In this document: positions 25,184 through 40,895 of the stretch, in pieces
Layout of the letters: every line of letters starts with the position of its first letter
Numbering within the stretch: the stretch's first letter is position 1
From: Octopus sinensis
Taxonomy: Eukaryota
NCBI RefSeq assembly: GCF_006345805.1
Contig: NC_042998.1
Location: forward strand, 127,844,001 to 127,908,000
Direction: 5' to 3'
DNA: 64,000 nucleotides
Notes under the pieces: generated by a model
What the model was told of the DNA's origin: nothing
Databases searched by the model: none
What the model saw: only the letters and a program-made list of their open reading frames with translations
Made by a program: the position numbers and the translations under genes

Positions 25184-28100
25184 TATTTAAGCTAAGAAGA
25201 CGGGCCTTATGTAATGGATGCAATCCTGTTATATATTACGCAGGTCTGAAACGTACTTAATAAATGTTTAAACAATATCTCCATTTGGTTTAACTTCATT
25301 ATTACAATAGAGAGAAAGAATAGGCGTTTCGGATTCAATGGGGGCGAGTATCTTCAAATATAGCCTCAACCAATATTGTGAGTGAATTTGCTAGACGGAC
25401 ACTGTGTGGAGAACCATCACATAGTAATAATATATATATATATATGTGAGTCTTTACGTTTTCCATCCAGCACTTCCCAACCACTATTGGTTTGTTTGCG
25501 TTCCTATAACCTAGAAGTTATAGACTAGATAGAGCTATACAATAAACACCAGCCTTTAAAACATAAAAGAGTGCTTGTGTCAATTTGTTCGACTAAACCG
25601 TTAATGACTGAAGCACTCATACGGTAAAAGATATATATGTATATATGTCTGTGCACTTCGATGCAAGCTGTAATTTTAATATTTTTTATGTCACCCAGTA
25701 CAACTTGTCGCATAGTCGAGCCATCAGGTACTAAAGAGACAACCCTTGATTGCCTGCTTGGTAAGGAAAGTTTTTCTTTCCGACACCCCGAAAAAAAGCA
25801 AAACTTCTCAAAGGGCGGATGAATTCACTGGAGTTAACAGCCATCCAACGGCTGGGAAGGAGTTGTCTCTAGCCTTTGTTTAGAACTCTCTAGGAGAAAC
25901 AAGTCCCGAAATAAGATCCGTCCCATTGCGAAGCCAAAGATCTTGCTCTTACTTGTTTACAGACTACTTGCTTTTATGAAAGTTTTAACGGTTTCATGTA
26001 AGGTGTGCTTGTCTTTAAATTCTAGTATTGCTGCAGCCATAATTTTTAATATTTAGGATTAGAAAATTTGCCAACAATGATCAAACTCGTCTCCGTGACG
26101 ACAGCCACCATGTATGTATGTATTTATATATGAACGTATGCATGTATATATGGATGCAAGTATACATGTATGTATGCACATATGCATGTAAGCATGTATG
26201 TCTGTATGCATACATGTTTGCATACATGTATCCACGTGCAGGTACCAGTCATTTTCTGTAGAGGGGTATCATATTTTATGCCTAAATTTGATTCGTGTTA
26301 ATAGAAATTCTTAAAAAGTTACCATTTGCTGGGATGCCGAAGTGATGTAAATCTTCAAACGCAATGAAAGCACTTCAGCATTATAGTCACTGGAAAATAA
26401 GTGCATGTATAGATATGCAATAAGCTATTCCTTTTAATAGAATATAGAGGTGATGTAAAATCAACGTATTGAAAGGAAAGCTCCTAAATCGGTTTCATAA
26501 AGAGCACATTTATACTAAATATATGCAACTCGTCCATTTATTCAAATGCAACACCAGTTCATGATCTCAATACGGTTATTTAGAGAGAAAAGGGAAAACA
26601 ATCCTATTATAAATTAGAGAACTGTTAAGAAAGAATATTCATATGTAGCAGTAGAGTTATTTTATGTATTCCTGAAAAGTCTAAAATCTTAACTGTACTT
26701 TTGATCTTTTAAATGTTTTATGCACCAGTTACGGTTGAATTACAAATAGGATAAACATAAAGAAATAAAATCTAAAACTTGGTGAAAAAAGCAGACTTAT
26801 TTCCTCTTACAAAGTCAAAAAATACTTTAAAGAATTTCACCTTAGAATACCAATACCTTATACTTTACGAATTATCTCCCTCAGTAGCAAACTATTCCTT
26901 ATATTCATGCTTCGCAACTACAAAACCTGGCTTGAACAATGGAATGGATATGTTGTGGCTTGATAAATCCAGAAACAAATACTGCTAACGACCATGAAAT
27001 TCAAGAGTTCTAAACCGAACTCCCGATAAGATTTTGTTATTAAAATTTGTGTGCAATAAATTATTTATACTTCTGCAATACACAAAATATTATTATTTTT
27101 TTATGCAATTCCTAATAATGTTTAATTATAGAAATTCAGTAAGGTTATTTTTTATATACATCGAATGGCTATGGAATTCCCAGTAGAGTAAAATAGGAAT
27201 TAAAGTGGTCCGTGGGCAAAAAGTGGTTACTTTGGTACATTGTAATTTATTGAGACAGCTGCCAAAAATGTCTTACAATAAGTAAACACGCCTTTTAAAT
27301 AGCTTAACCTTTAGCAATACTTGAGATATAAGCAGTGTCTATGTTTATAATGAAAGTGGGTACTCAGTCGCTGATATAATCCACACACATGTTAAAATCA
27401 CTTTTTGTCTGTCCCCGAAGATATTCAAAATATACAAAAGATGTTTATGTATACAGATCAGATGAAATTTATAGCTACACCTTGTAGCACAGAACAGCAC
27501 TATAACAAAACAAAAGTAACGAACCAGTAATTTATTAATTCTCTCTGTTGGCTGTAATACATGGCATTCAATTTATTCTTCCTATTCTGACAAGATATAT
27601 TTGCTATAAATTTATTTTGCTTCTAAGAAGAAAACACGCAGCCATTGTAAACAGAAATTTGAATAAGAATGAAAAAACTTTATGACAATGGTCATACCGT
27701 TTGTTAGGAAATAAATGATATTTATTTTTCTCCTGCGATATTTTGAGATTATAGCATACTTTGTAGGAGACTTATTTGTATTCTTACCTAATACTTTAGT
27801 TTAACCCTGATGCAGATCTATGGAACAAAAATATTGCTAGTGGAAAATACATGTAAAGTAATTTGCATTTCATAATTAGAAACATGTGTAATGCCACAAG
27901 ACTGTTTTCTACTTGTTTGTTTTTTTATCATTTTAATACAAATTCAAATTCACAATCAGTTTATGCACATTTTCTCCAAGCAAATAAAAAAAGTTGCACA
28001 GAGTACAACTGATATCTAACGATGGGAAAATGAAATCTAAAAAAAAAACACAAAGAAATAGATTTCTTATAAAAGTCTAACGACTATCTGCTGATCATGC

Positions 28101-28209
28101 GACAACCCACAGCCAAGTAAGAGAGGACATTTTCATGAAATCGATGTAAGTGTGCAAAAATGTCGATACAAATAGTTGATCGATAAATCAAGTTCCCTTG
28201 AATACTGTT

Positions 28210-28487
28210 GGTAAAGATACCCTTCGGTCATGAATGATCATGGGACTGCACTTAGAAAGATTCATTCCAGGCCACAAGTTTGGGTAAGTTTGTTTATGGA
28301 AGACTGGCAGTCGCCCATGCATACCAGCCTTCCCTCTCCACGCCACTGATGTTATGCGAGGGAAAGGCAAAGGACGATAGAACTTGGCACCAGTGACGTT
28401 GCAACCGAGTGAACTTGGGCAACGTGAAATAAAGTGTCTTGCTCAAGAACACAACTCACAGCCCGGTCCGGGAATCGAACTCACTAC
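28210..28487 (-). mobile_element. tRNA-derived SINE with RTE-like 3' tail (family D)
   Basis: B-box GTTCGATTCC (28471-28480 on minus), body TTGAGCAAGACACTTTATTTCACG, tail CCCATGATCATTCATGACCGAAGGG. Confidence 0.75.
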
Positions 28488-28715
28488 ACAAAGAAGGAGC
28501 AGAAAGAAAAATATCCCAACAGCTCTCCTCCTTTGGACTTTTCCCTTTCTTCTTTCCAACGAAGAGTTATACTCGAAACGTTAAACTATCTCCTTTCACC
28601 AAGCGTCAAGCTACTAAACTTCTTCTGCTCGGCCTCACGTACGTCGTTGTTCTTTTTTCTTTTTTCTTTTCGTTTTTTATCTATTTATTTGAATTGTTTG
28701 TTTATCCGAATTGAC

Positions 28716-28751
<36 letters not shown>

Positions 28752-28754
<3 letters not shown>

Positions 28755-28861
28755 CGGGAAGCTTTATGAAAATAAACAAAAGACGAAGGCAGGTGGAAGA
28801 CAAACGAACAATTGTATTAGTATGGCGCTCATATATATATATATATTGTATTAGTATGGCG

Positions 28862-28898
<37 letters not shown>

Positions 28899-29012
28899 AT
28901 ATATAACGGGAAGCTTTATGAAAATAAACAAAAGACGAAGGCAGGTGGAAGACAAACGAACAATTGTATTAGTATGGCGCTCATATATATATATATATTG
29001 TATTAGTATGGC

Positions 29013-29015
<3 letters not shown>
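28752..29015. repeat. tandem duplication (152-bp period) of an (AT)n-embedded repeat fragment
   Basis: TAACGGGAAGCTTTATG...TATGGCGCTC at 28752 and 28904, each followed by TTGTATTAGTATGGCGAC. Confidence 0.9.
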
Positions 29016-29065
<50 letters not shown>

Positions 29066-30813
29066 GCATTAAATCTGGATTGAGAAAAGATGGGTTGTGA
29101 AAGGTAAAATATTATCATCTATGTTTCTGAACTTGGCATCTTTAACCTCAACGAAAGTGTTATACTGATTTTTCAATATCTAGACTAAAGTTTAATTTTA
29201 CAGCTAGCAAATAGTAATGAAATTAAAGCAACCATTAAGAAATATAAAATAATTTTATCTTCAATATTGCAGACGATTTCTACACAAATTTATGTGCCTA
29301 TTCGGCATTTTCAATATCGTTAGTTGAACATAATTGTTGAAAATATCGAATATTCAGAGAGACACTAAGAGTCAACTGAGTGATATCATGTTCAGTTAAA
29401 TGAAATGCCACACACTTCATGTTCATATTTACAAACTATATTGTAGAACTTCTCATGACAGATTTATTAATTGTCAGGAAGTTGTTAATTCTTATGGAAA
29501 TGATTTTACATTATTTAATTCAGATATATTTATCGTTTCGTAATTTGTTTTGCTTTCAGATATACTGTGAATTACTAATCCTAAATGCTCTCCAGTTATT
29601 GGAACTGCTATTTCCTTAACTCGTAAATCGGTTTTCTCTTTTCTTTTCAACACAGATCCATATAACCTACCAACAAATGTTAAAGAACTAAACAACTGTC
29701 TTAGACGTAGGTGGATTCTAATGCATATTATATTACTTCCAGTTTTATTAGTAGATAGTTAACTTCCTTGAGCTACAACTTAAAGAGGATTGTCTTCTGG
29801 ATGCTGCTACTGAATGGCCCCTGTCTATAACATATTGTAAACTATCGGTGTCTTCTTAAACTATAGAATTCTTTAAAATATTTCCTCATTAAAAATTATT
29901 CCCTGTTGGATTGGAGTTCAGTAATGATGCAAATGTTGTACATTTTGGTAATACACATTGGTAATACACGCTGGCTCTAAAATTTCCTTCTATGCTATTG
30001 CTTGTGCCGCTGTGTTGATAAACTTCGTCTCAGTTGACGAGACTTCATTGTTTTTTATTTAATAAATGTCTTTATTTTAATTTCTATCTTTTTAGGTTTG
30101 ACATTTTTAGCTTTCAAATGAGAAAATGAATTTGTCGAACGTTCTTCCTTCTGTTTTGTTTGCATACCAAACTAGACTAACCTAAATCTAGTCAACATCG
30201 ATTTGTCACGTGACAAGCCTTTCAAACAGTTATTGTTTTAGAAATAAAGAGTATCTATTTTATCTTGAGTAGTCAAGAAGTTTATTTATATTCTGAGCGG
30301 TGAGTGTTTTTCATTTATTGCTTCCCTTGGGCGAAGAATAAAAGCAATAGCAGCAACAACATCAACAAAATTTTACAACAACCACCACGACGCTAAGATG
30401 AATGAATGAAGGAATGGTGAAGAGAAAAGCGAACGAAGGAAAGAAGAAAATATAGTTCCAAAAAGATAAATAAAATAGGTGTAGGCAGTTTAAAATGTCT
30501 GTCCTCAGATAGAAAATATATGGCGGAAAAGAAACAGAACAATATAAAATAAAATTATTAGATGTCAGAATATGAGTTAGAGATATATAACAGAATATCT
30601 ATTGATCTATATCAATATAGCTTTTATCGTTGCTGCTAAAATTGTTCTTTCTTCTGTTTTTGACGTTGCTTCTAGTGCTGTTCTTTGATGTCTATTGACA
30701 TTCTAACGAAAGATGATTACACACGTTTTATTCTTCCTTTCCCCAAAAATGCTTTTGTCTCCCGAAGAACAATAGGCCTGAAAATTTTTTTTTTAGAAAA
30801 AGATATATATGTC

Positions 30814-32024
<1,211 letters not shown>

Positions 32025-33312
32025 TTATTTTCGGATAAAATATTTAACCATTAAAACGTTATCTATTTACATTTTCTTTTATTTATTTTTTTTAAATATC
32101 ACTCTCACTATGGTAAGAGTGATTCATCCAGAAGACATCAAAAGAATTACACTTTCGCATTGTCAATGATTATCACTTTTATTTTTCACTAGGTTTATAT
32201 TTTAGGGATGAGAAAATAGGTTATCGTCACAAGTGAAATGAACTTGAATCAAGCAGTTATCAAAACTGAGTCTTTCTCTCGGATCTTACTCAATGGACAC
32301 GCATTAATACCAAAGATTTGGTATTTTGATTTGGTATCTGAATAATTGTTACGTCGTATGGAATTATACTCTGTTGAATCAACCCCAAAATATTTATTCT
32401 TCTTACTATTTTATGAAAGGCCAAGTTGACCTCAATTAGAATATTATGAATTCTGAATTGAACTAAATCTCAGTCAATCGAAATATTTATAGCAGTACTA
32501 TTGATTCTACAGGGTAATTTTCTCCACACTTTCTTTCAACTTGTCATATCACTCGTTATTTGTATACTAAAACCCTACGTCTTCCTTTAAGGTCATTTTA
32601 TGATCTACTTATAATTATAAGAGATTATGATTCGCTAATAAGACCTTATAAATTAAAAACATGTATGGAATTGTTACTATATTGTTATAGGTCATTCCCA
32701 TTCACCACAGATTTTGTTTTCAATTAATACTAATTAATATAAATATCAAGGTTGTCGCCCTTCATTTTCTTGACGATATTTAGTAATTAAGGCCATGATT
32801 TATTTTCTCTTCATCACCGGTGTAATCTTAATTAACATTTAAAAGTTCTTGGGTCGTTAAATTAGATATATTAATCTCATCTGAACAATATAGATTGATG
32901 TAAAAGGGAAAATATCATCTCCATGGTCATGGGATTACCATATATATATATATATATATATATATGGGATTACTACAAGGAGAAGACAAGTCACTACAGT
33001 TTTTACAATAGAATAAACTGGATAATTTATTCCACAAAGCACACAGCCTAACTGAATCATGATATTCTGTTGAATTGGCTTTGATAAGTTCAGTCAGTAC
33101 CAACTCAGAGCCAAACAATATTATAAAATCCTTTATGCTGCCAACTCTGTTGAAAATATCTCTATTCATGCCACCAACAAAAAGACGTTGAAATCAACAT
33201 TCTTAAACAGCCCTTATTCAGGAACATTTTCATTGGGATTGGCTACTCAACCTGAGGAAAATTCTAGCTAGGCCCCATATGCAAAGTCATGTGGTGTTTA
33301 TCTTGATATGAG

Positions 33313-34814
33313 ATGGGCATCATATCAAACAACATCTATAAGTACCTAGATGAGAACGATCTACTTCCAGGGGAACAAAAAGGGTGTAGACGTAAAAGCA
33401 GAGGAACGACGGATCAATTACTAATCGATAAGACTGTTCTGGCTGATTGCAAGGAGAGACACAAAAATTTAGCGATGGCATGGGTGGACTACAGTAGATA
33501 CGGTAATGGGTATAGATATTTAGGGGTTTCGGAGATGGATGACATTCTACACAAAGAAATAAAAGTCAAGGTCAGCGAGGCGTATCGAAAAGGGGTGTTG
33601 AAATCCAATCTGAATGCCAAAAATTTGATTACCGCACTGAATATCTGGGCAGTTGCGGTGGTCAGATATAGTGTGTCCATCCTCAAATGGACTAAGGGGG
33701 AAATATCAATACTGGATAGAAGGACGAGGAAGTTAATGACGCTGCATGGGTGCTACACTCTAAAGCGAACGTAAACAGGTTGTATGTGAAAAGGAAGAAT
33801 GGTGGCAGAGGATTAATTAGTATAGACTATTGTATAAGGAGTGAAAGGCGAACGCTTGCCGAGTATTTGATAAATAGTAATGAAGACCTGCTGCAATATG
33901 CCGTGGAATATATGGGTGTAAATGCAGATGAAATTATGGGCAAGTAAGAGTTTAACTAAAGAGCTGAGGAGAAAAGAAGACCTTGAAATGAGAATTCATG
34001 GACAATTTGAAAGGAATACACAGGACGTTAAGGATAATACAGTGAGCATGGCTTGGGCGAGGTGATTTGAAGTGTACCGCCGAAAGCCCGATCAATGCTG
34101 CACAAGACTGGGCTCCCGCTACCAATTCAGTGAAGTATAACATCAATAAAACTTCTGACACCAAGAAAGGCAAACTCTGTGGAAAGAGTGTGGAAAATGT
34201 GACCCACTTGGTAAGTGGATGTGAGAGTATTGCACAAAAAGAATACAAGCGCCGCCACGATAAAATGTGTGTGTATCTTCATTGGCTCTTATGCCGTAAA
34301 TAACAATGTGAAATAAGAGATAACTGGCCTGAACATGTACCAAGTAAAGTTATGCAGGAGAGTGGAAAAGTAACGATACTATGGAACTATGATTTTCAAA
34401 CGGATCGTATAATCGAACACCGTCGGCCGGATGTTGTCTTTTTGAGTAAGAGAGACAAATATTGTCAGATGATTGATGTAGCCATAACAAATAACATGGA
34501 AGTTGTAAATAAAGAGGTTGAAAAAATCACCAAGTACTCTGAATTGAAAGTAGAAATGGCAAGACTGTATGGAATGCGAGAGGGTAATGTAAAAGTGATA
34601 CCAGTGGTTATCGGAGCGTTGGGCTCTATCCCATTGACACTTCAAAACTTCTTAAGGCAACAGGAAATAACATGCAAGATTGACGTCTTGCAAAAGGCCA
34701 CCTGATTGGGCACAGCACGCATCTTAAGAAAAGTATTATCTGTCTGAGGTCCTTGTTGTGACTTGACAGATGACTAAAGACTCCGGTACATTTTACCTAC
34801 ACTGTGTTACGAAG

Positions 34815-34815
<1 letters not shown>
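33313..34815 (+). mobile_element. R4/Dong-like LINE (RT with internal deletion, CCHC finger, RLE), 3' end intact
   Basis: EQKGCRRKSRGTTDQLLIDK, AMAWVDY, LCGKSVENVTHLVSGC, ILWNYDFQTDRIIEHRRPDVV..IDVAI; stop 34747; 3' UTR then (TAA)n. Confidence 0.9.
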
Positions 34816-34911
<96 letters not shown>

Positions 34912-34930
34912 AAGAAGAAGAAGAAGAAGA
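34816..34930. repeat. (TAA)n(GAA)n microsatellite between two LINEs
   Basis: Direct reading. Confidence 0.95.
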
Positions 34931-36337
34931 CAATTCAGTTCCCTCGTTGATATGGCGTATACCTTCATTTGGGACTGAAAAAGTGTAGTGTGTTAATCTT
35001 GAAGAGAGGCAAAATCAAATGTATGGACGGGCTAACGATACCGTCGGGGGAGGTTATGAAGCAGATAGAAGAGACGGGCTATAAGTACTTGGGGATTTTG
35101 GAAATGGATAAATTGGTGGAGAAAGAAATGACAGAAAAACGTAAGGTGGAGTACTTGCGCAGACTGAGATTGAACCTTAAGTCGAAATTAAATGGATGGA
35201 ATAAGATCGAAACTATCGACACACCTGGGCAGTTTCACTCCTTAGAAATGAAGCAGAGGTAATGGCATGGACAGTAGACGAACTAAACAGTTTAGACAGA
35301 AAGACAAAGAAGTAGCTGACTAGATATGGGTCACTCCATCCAAAAAGTGACACAGACAGACTGTATGTATCAAGTAAGAGGGGGAAAAGGACTTATTGGA
35401 TGCGAACGCAGCGTTAGAGCAGTAGAAAACAACATAGCATCGTATGTAAAAAGAAATGCCACAGAACCGCTGTTATTAGAAGTAGAAAGTTCAGGTTTGT
35501 GTAGGATGAAAGATTGCAAAGATAAAGCACTATACAAGGAATTGAAAACGAATGAAACTGAAAATAGGCGGATAAAAAAAAGAATGCATAGTCAATTTCA
35601 TAGAGATGTTGAAGATAAGACACACAGAGAAAAAAGATGGTTGTGGATTATTAAAAGTGATTTAAAATCGGATCAAGCACTAAGAACAAACAACATAAAA
35701 TACAGAGTAGACAACACAACAGAAAGTGATAAGTGCAGAATCTGTGGACAAAAGTGCGAAACCGTATGGCATATTACCAGCCAATGTATGCCACTAGCTC
35801 ATAGCTAGACTTGTCCATTGGACACTCTGCAACATGTATGGACTTGACAGAGCGAAAAATTGGTACGACCACAAACCTGAAGGCATCTTCGAAAATAGAA
35901 ATGCAAAGATCCTATGGGATTTTATGATTCAGTGCGACCATGAGATAGAGCATAGGAAGCCGGACATAGTCTTAATTGAGAAAAAAAAAAAAATTATGCT
36001 GGATCATAGATATATCATGCCCAGCTGACAACAAGGTATGCGATAAGGAAGAAAGTTGAGAGCTATAACAGGTTAGCTTGGGAAGTTAAGCCGTTGTGGT
36101 CGATGAAAAAGGTAGCAAAAGTACCAATAATTGTCGGAGCCCTGGGAACAGTGAGGAAAATCTCGAGAAGTACGTGGAACAAATAGGGGCTGGTGGAGAA
36201 CTTGCAGAAAACTATTGCTTGGAACCGCTCGAATACTCCGGAGGTACTCGAAAAATAAGAGGTGTTACCTTAGTTCACTGGTAGTGAACAGCTGACACTG
36301 TAGTACATCTCCAGCATTAGAAGCTGTGCAAAGGCAA
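34931..36337 (+). mobile_element. R4/Dong-like LINE, 5'-truncated, second subfamily
   Basis: GLKKCSVL..YKYLGILE, CRICGQKCETVWHITSQC, ILWDFMIQCDHEIEHRKPDIVL; followed by (GAT)n(AAT)n to about 36432. Confidence 0.9.
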
Positions 36338-36340
36338 TAG

Positions 36341-36423
<83 letters not shown>

Positions 36424-37031
36424 TAATAATAATGCGTCATAAACAAATTATATTACTTGTTGTAATCATGAGCAGAAAGTCTGAAATATGTATAAAAGAG
36501 ATATCATTAGTTATGTAAACCTTTTTATAGTTCTTTCGATATTTCACCTATCCAATGCTTTTGAGTAGCTTACTTCACGTACGACATCCGTAAGAGCAGT
36601 AGAAAAAAAAGCATAAGCACTTAGCAAATAAAATTGATGATTTGATCTTGCTTTCAGGTTTAAAGTTATTCGCTGCATTACTTTATGATATGTATTTATC
36701 TTCTATATTCCATCTTTCAAACATGTGTAGCCACATGCATTAAAGAACAATATTTTGGAAATCATCCGGCAGCTTTTTTCCCCACAAGTTAATCTCGAGC
36801 AAACAACATGAATATGTTTTGCTCTTTGCTTTTGTTTTCTTAGACGCAGAATTATGTTACATGTCTCACAAGATCAAACCTCCCCAATGAATTTTCACAC
36901 AGCATGAAGGACATATATAATCGAAGATGATCTTATATATCACATACGCATATACACAGAAGCAAAGAGTACACATACAAATACAGAAACCTGCATGCTA
37001 TAAACTTACTGATTATATTATATTAGATTAA

Positions 37032-37686
37032 GGCGGCGAGCTGGCAGAAACGTTAGCACGCCGGGCGAGATGTGTAGCCGTATTTCGTTTGCCGTTACGT
37101 TCCGAGTTCAAATTCCGCCGAGGTCGACTTTGCCTTTCATCCTTTCGCGGTCGATAAATTAAGTACCAGTTACGCACTGGAGTCGATATAATCGACTTAA
37201 TCCGTTTGTCTGTCCTTGTTTGCCCCCTCTGTGTTTAGCCCCTTGTTGGTAGTGAAGAAATATATTAGTTTAAGGCGGCGAGCTGGCAGAAACGTTAGCA
37301 CACCGGGCGAAATGCTTAGCGGCATTTCGTCTGCCGCTACGTTCTGAGTTCAAATTCCGCCGAGGTCGACTTTGCCTTTCATCCTTTCGGGGTCGATTAA
37401 ATAAGTACTAGTTATGCACTAGGGCCGATATAATCGCCTTAATCCGTTTGTCTGTCCTTGTTTGTCCTCTCTGTGTTTAGCCCCTTGTGTATATTAAAGA
37501 AATAGGTATTTCGTCTGCCGCACGTTCTGAGTTCAAATTCCGCCGAGGTCGACTTTGTCATTCATCCTTTCGGGGTCGATTAAATAAGTACCAGTTACGT
37601 ACTGAGGTCGCTGTAATCGACTTAATCCGTTTGTCTGTCGTTGTTTGTCCCCTCTATGTTTAGCCCCTTGTTGGCAATAAAGAAGC
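37032..37686 (+). mobile_element. tandem array of SINE family A (two full units and one truncated)
   Basis: Units at 37032, 37274 and 37505 (last begins GGTATTTCGTC); intact A/B boxes. Confidence 0.95.
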
Positions 37687-38469
37687 ATATTTTATATTAG
37701 TTGTGCTGCTGCGCTGGAGCTTTTCTCCTGGAAGTTACCAAAGGAATATTATCGATAAACAGAGACTATATTGATAAAAAAATGAATCAATGTTATATGT
37801 TAATTCAACTGTAAAACTGTGTATTTTGGGCAAGTGTAGCAGCTTGTCTGCATTTTGTACCTAGGCTTCGAATTTAAAGTCGGGAACTATTAACCACAAT
37901 ATTCTTTATTCTTCATTAATTCGTTGACAGTATTTCAATGAAATCTTGAGCGATATTAAAAAAAGGAAATAGGCAAAAAGAAAAAAGAAACGAAAATGGC
38001 CAACGGCATAAATAATTTGGATAAACAATTCAAGAGGTGATGTACTCAACTCCATCCAAACAAAAAAATGCCTAATTAATTCAAATCCTCCCCTTAGCCG
38101 GAAAAAGAAAGAAAAAAGCGGAAGTAGTTGTTAGCGATTCTCAAAGAAATTTGCTGCATGTTTCTTTTCCTTTTGCTAAGAGGTGAAAATTTCAATTAAT
38201 TTACATGATAGGAGTAAGGCATTTAGTAACTCTTGACTATTTTATTGGCATTGTTCTATGCGAGGACTGTGAATTTAAGGAGAAGGGGTGAGTGTTGGAC
38301 AAAGTGCTTTGATGTAGAGAATTACCTCCCAACATTCTTAGTTCAAATCCTACTGTGTGACTAACTTCGTTTTCCACACGTCATCCCAATCTCATAAGTA
38401 TATAGTCCTTCCAGAAAACGAGGAATCCTCTATATAGTCGCTCGTCTTGCTAGAAATAGGAAACAAATA

Positions 38470-38772
38470 GTATCTTATTCTTTTGCCAAATCCCTAAGTT
38501 ACGGTGACATAAAGAAACCAACACCGGATGGGGGACAAACACACTATAATACACACACGCGCGCACATACACACACACACATTGAGAGAGGGGGAGAAAG
38601 GGAGAGAGAGAAATAGATAAGTATACATACGACGGTCATCTCTTGGTTTCTACCAAATCAACTCACAAAGCGTTAGTCGGCCGGTGCCATAGTAGAAGAC
38701 ACTTGTTCAACGTACAACGTAGTGGGACTGAACCCGGAACCATGTGATTGGAAAATAAATATCTTACCACGC
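38470..38772 (-). mobile_element. CORE-like SINE family B, degenerate
   Basis: AGTAGAAGACACTTG..GTGGGACTGAACCCGGAACCATGTG on + strand. Confidence 0.8.
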
Positions 38773-39624
38773 AATAAACTTTAGCAAAATACCTTATATT
38801 TAAAGAGTAGGCGGAAATGTTAAATATGGAACAGTCATGATTTTCTCTTGAACAATAGCAGCGTATGAAATGTGAAATAAATTCAACAGAGAATCAAAAC
38901 TGTGTTACATTGAAGAATTGCTAAGTACGTGTGACATCTACGGGACCTCGCCAATAATCTTATATTTAAAATATCTTTAGACAAGGCGATCGGTAGAAAC
39001 GGTAAAGGGAATAATTAAGAGGGCCCTTGCTGTTTTCTATGTTTAGTTTTGATGTAGTACATTCCGAGCACAACATCAGTCAAAATTTCGTTCGATGTGC
39101 AAATTGGCCTTTTACGACTCCGAGTAAAGTGAGTTCTAAGCACATTATGACTAATTGGTTGTATTTAACACCAACAAAAAGTCGCTTTGTGGTTAGTCAA
39201 AACTAAGCAATGTTTAAACACCACGAGAAGTTAATTCGAATAAATCACATGGAAGGTGGATTGCAGAATCTGTAAAGTGACTATACTACACAACTAAAAG
39301 AATTTGCTTTGGGCCAAGTGAAAAGTAGGCATTGTTTGAGCAACTGAGGTGGAAATTGGATGCGGTCTAAGTTCAAATCCTGTTCTTATTTTGTTTTCAC
39401 TCTCTCGTAATTTATAAAATATGCATCAATTGATAATTAAGTGTTTGGGTCGATGCAATCGGTTATGACTTAGAAAACCCTGCTCTGATATGCCCTCAAT
39501 CCAATGAATAAAACTATTAAGCGGAAAATATTTGTAGGCTTCCGTATATTTCTGCACATTTATTCACTCGTTGGAGTTCTTTTGTTAACACTTCAGAAAG
39601 TTATGACGAAGAAATATCGGAAGT

Positions 39625-40020
39625 GATGCAGGTGTGGCTGTGTGGTAAGAAGCTTGCTTCCCAATCACATGTTTCTGGCTTCAGTCCCACTGTGTGGCAC
39701 CTTGGGCAAGTGTCTTCTACTACAGGAAGTGGCAGACCAAAGTCATGTGAGTGGGTTTGGCACACGGAAATGAAAGACGTCCGCCGTATATGTGTGTGTA
39801 TGTGTGTGTCTGTCTTTGTGTCTGTGTTTGTCCTCCACCAACGCTGGACAGCCAGTGTTGGTTTCTTTACGCCACCGTAACCTAGCGCTTCAGCAAAGAC
39901 AACTGGTAGAATAAGTACGAAGCTTAAAAAAAGTACTGTCGTCGATTCATTCGACAAAATATCTTCAAGACCGTGCGCCAGCATGGCCGAAGTCTAATGG
40001 CTGAAACAGGTAAAAGATGA
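39625..40020 (+). mobile_element. CORE-like SINE family B, degenerate
   Basis: Head, CACCTTGGGCAAGTGTCTT, internal (GT) tract and CCAGCATGGCCG tail. Confidence 0.85.
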
Positions 40021-40895
40021 CTGATGTTGGTTTTCGTGATTTTCCAAGGATACATACTAGACATCAACTGATATTTTCTTCTTACACAGCATACTTGAAA
40101 CCATTTTAGCTTCTTAATGTTCCCAGCATTAAACATACTTTTTATCCACTTAACGATAGTTTACGGGACTGAGATTAAAATTCAATGAAACCAATGTTGT
40201 CTTTCAACAAGCAAAAGTGCTGATTTGGAACTAGCGCGTAAAGCGGCTGCTCTCTAAATTACCTATAGATATAAGGTATCTCAGTCACGGATCGAATCAT
40301 TTCACAGCTGTTACAAAGTATAGGATTAGTGGCTTTTATTCGATTTCTGCGTTGGATAACCTTTTAGTTATACTACGCAGATAATTAGAATTCGTAACTT
40401 TATATTTCAGTGTCCACAGGTACCCATCAGCGTTAATTTTGGTAAGGCGGGAACAATCGATTACATCTTAGTCGATTTTTCGACTGTCGAGTATACAACC
40501 AATCGAAAAAGGATGAAAACTAAAGTCAATCATAAATATAATATTATAAGAGATTGAATAGTATTACAAGAGATTGAATTAAAATTATAAGAGATTGAAT
40601 TAACTATAAACTTGAGGGAAATGCTTCTATGCTTAACATTCTATTGTTTATGTTTGGTTTTCAGCTCTTGATAAGGTGAAAATAAGTCAACAATATAATC
40701 AACACTATGTCTGTCACAAAAATTTAAGTTATATATTTACATTTTGTAACTATTAATAGTGCACTACATCAAGATATTCACCATTCTAATATCACATATT
40801 GAAAAGGTTGCTTTTCATATTCACCTATTAACAACTTAGACAGCACTGCTCGTCCCTTCGTTTGCTCTCACTCTCTTCGTCTCCTTTATTTAGAA

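Noticed and set aside
32105-32160. C2H2 zinc-finger-like remnant (GKS..RHQ)
   Set aside because: No Cys pair, needs a frameshift, single unit.
37032-37686. CRISPR-like repeat array
   Set aside because: Units are approximately 230-bp SINEs without unique spacers; eukaryotic context, no cas genes.
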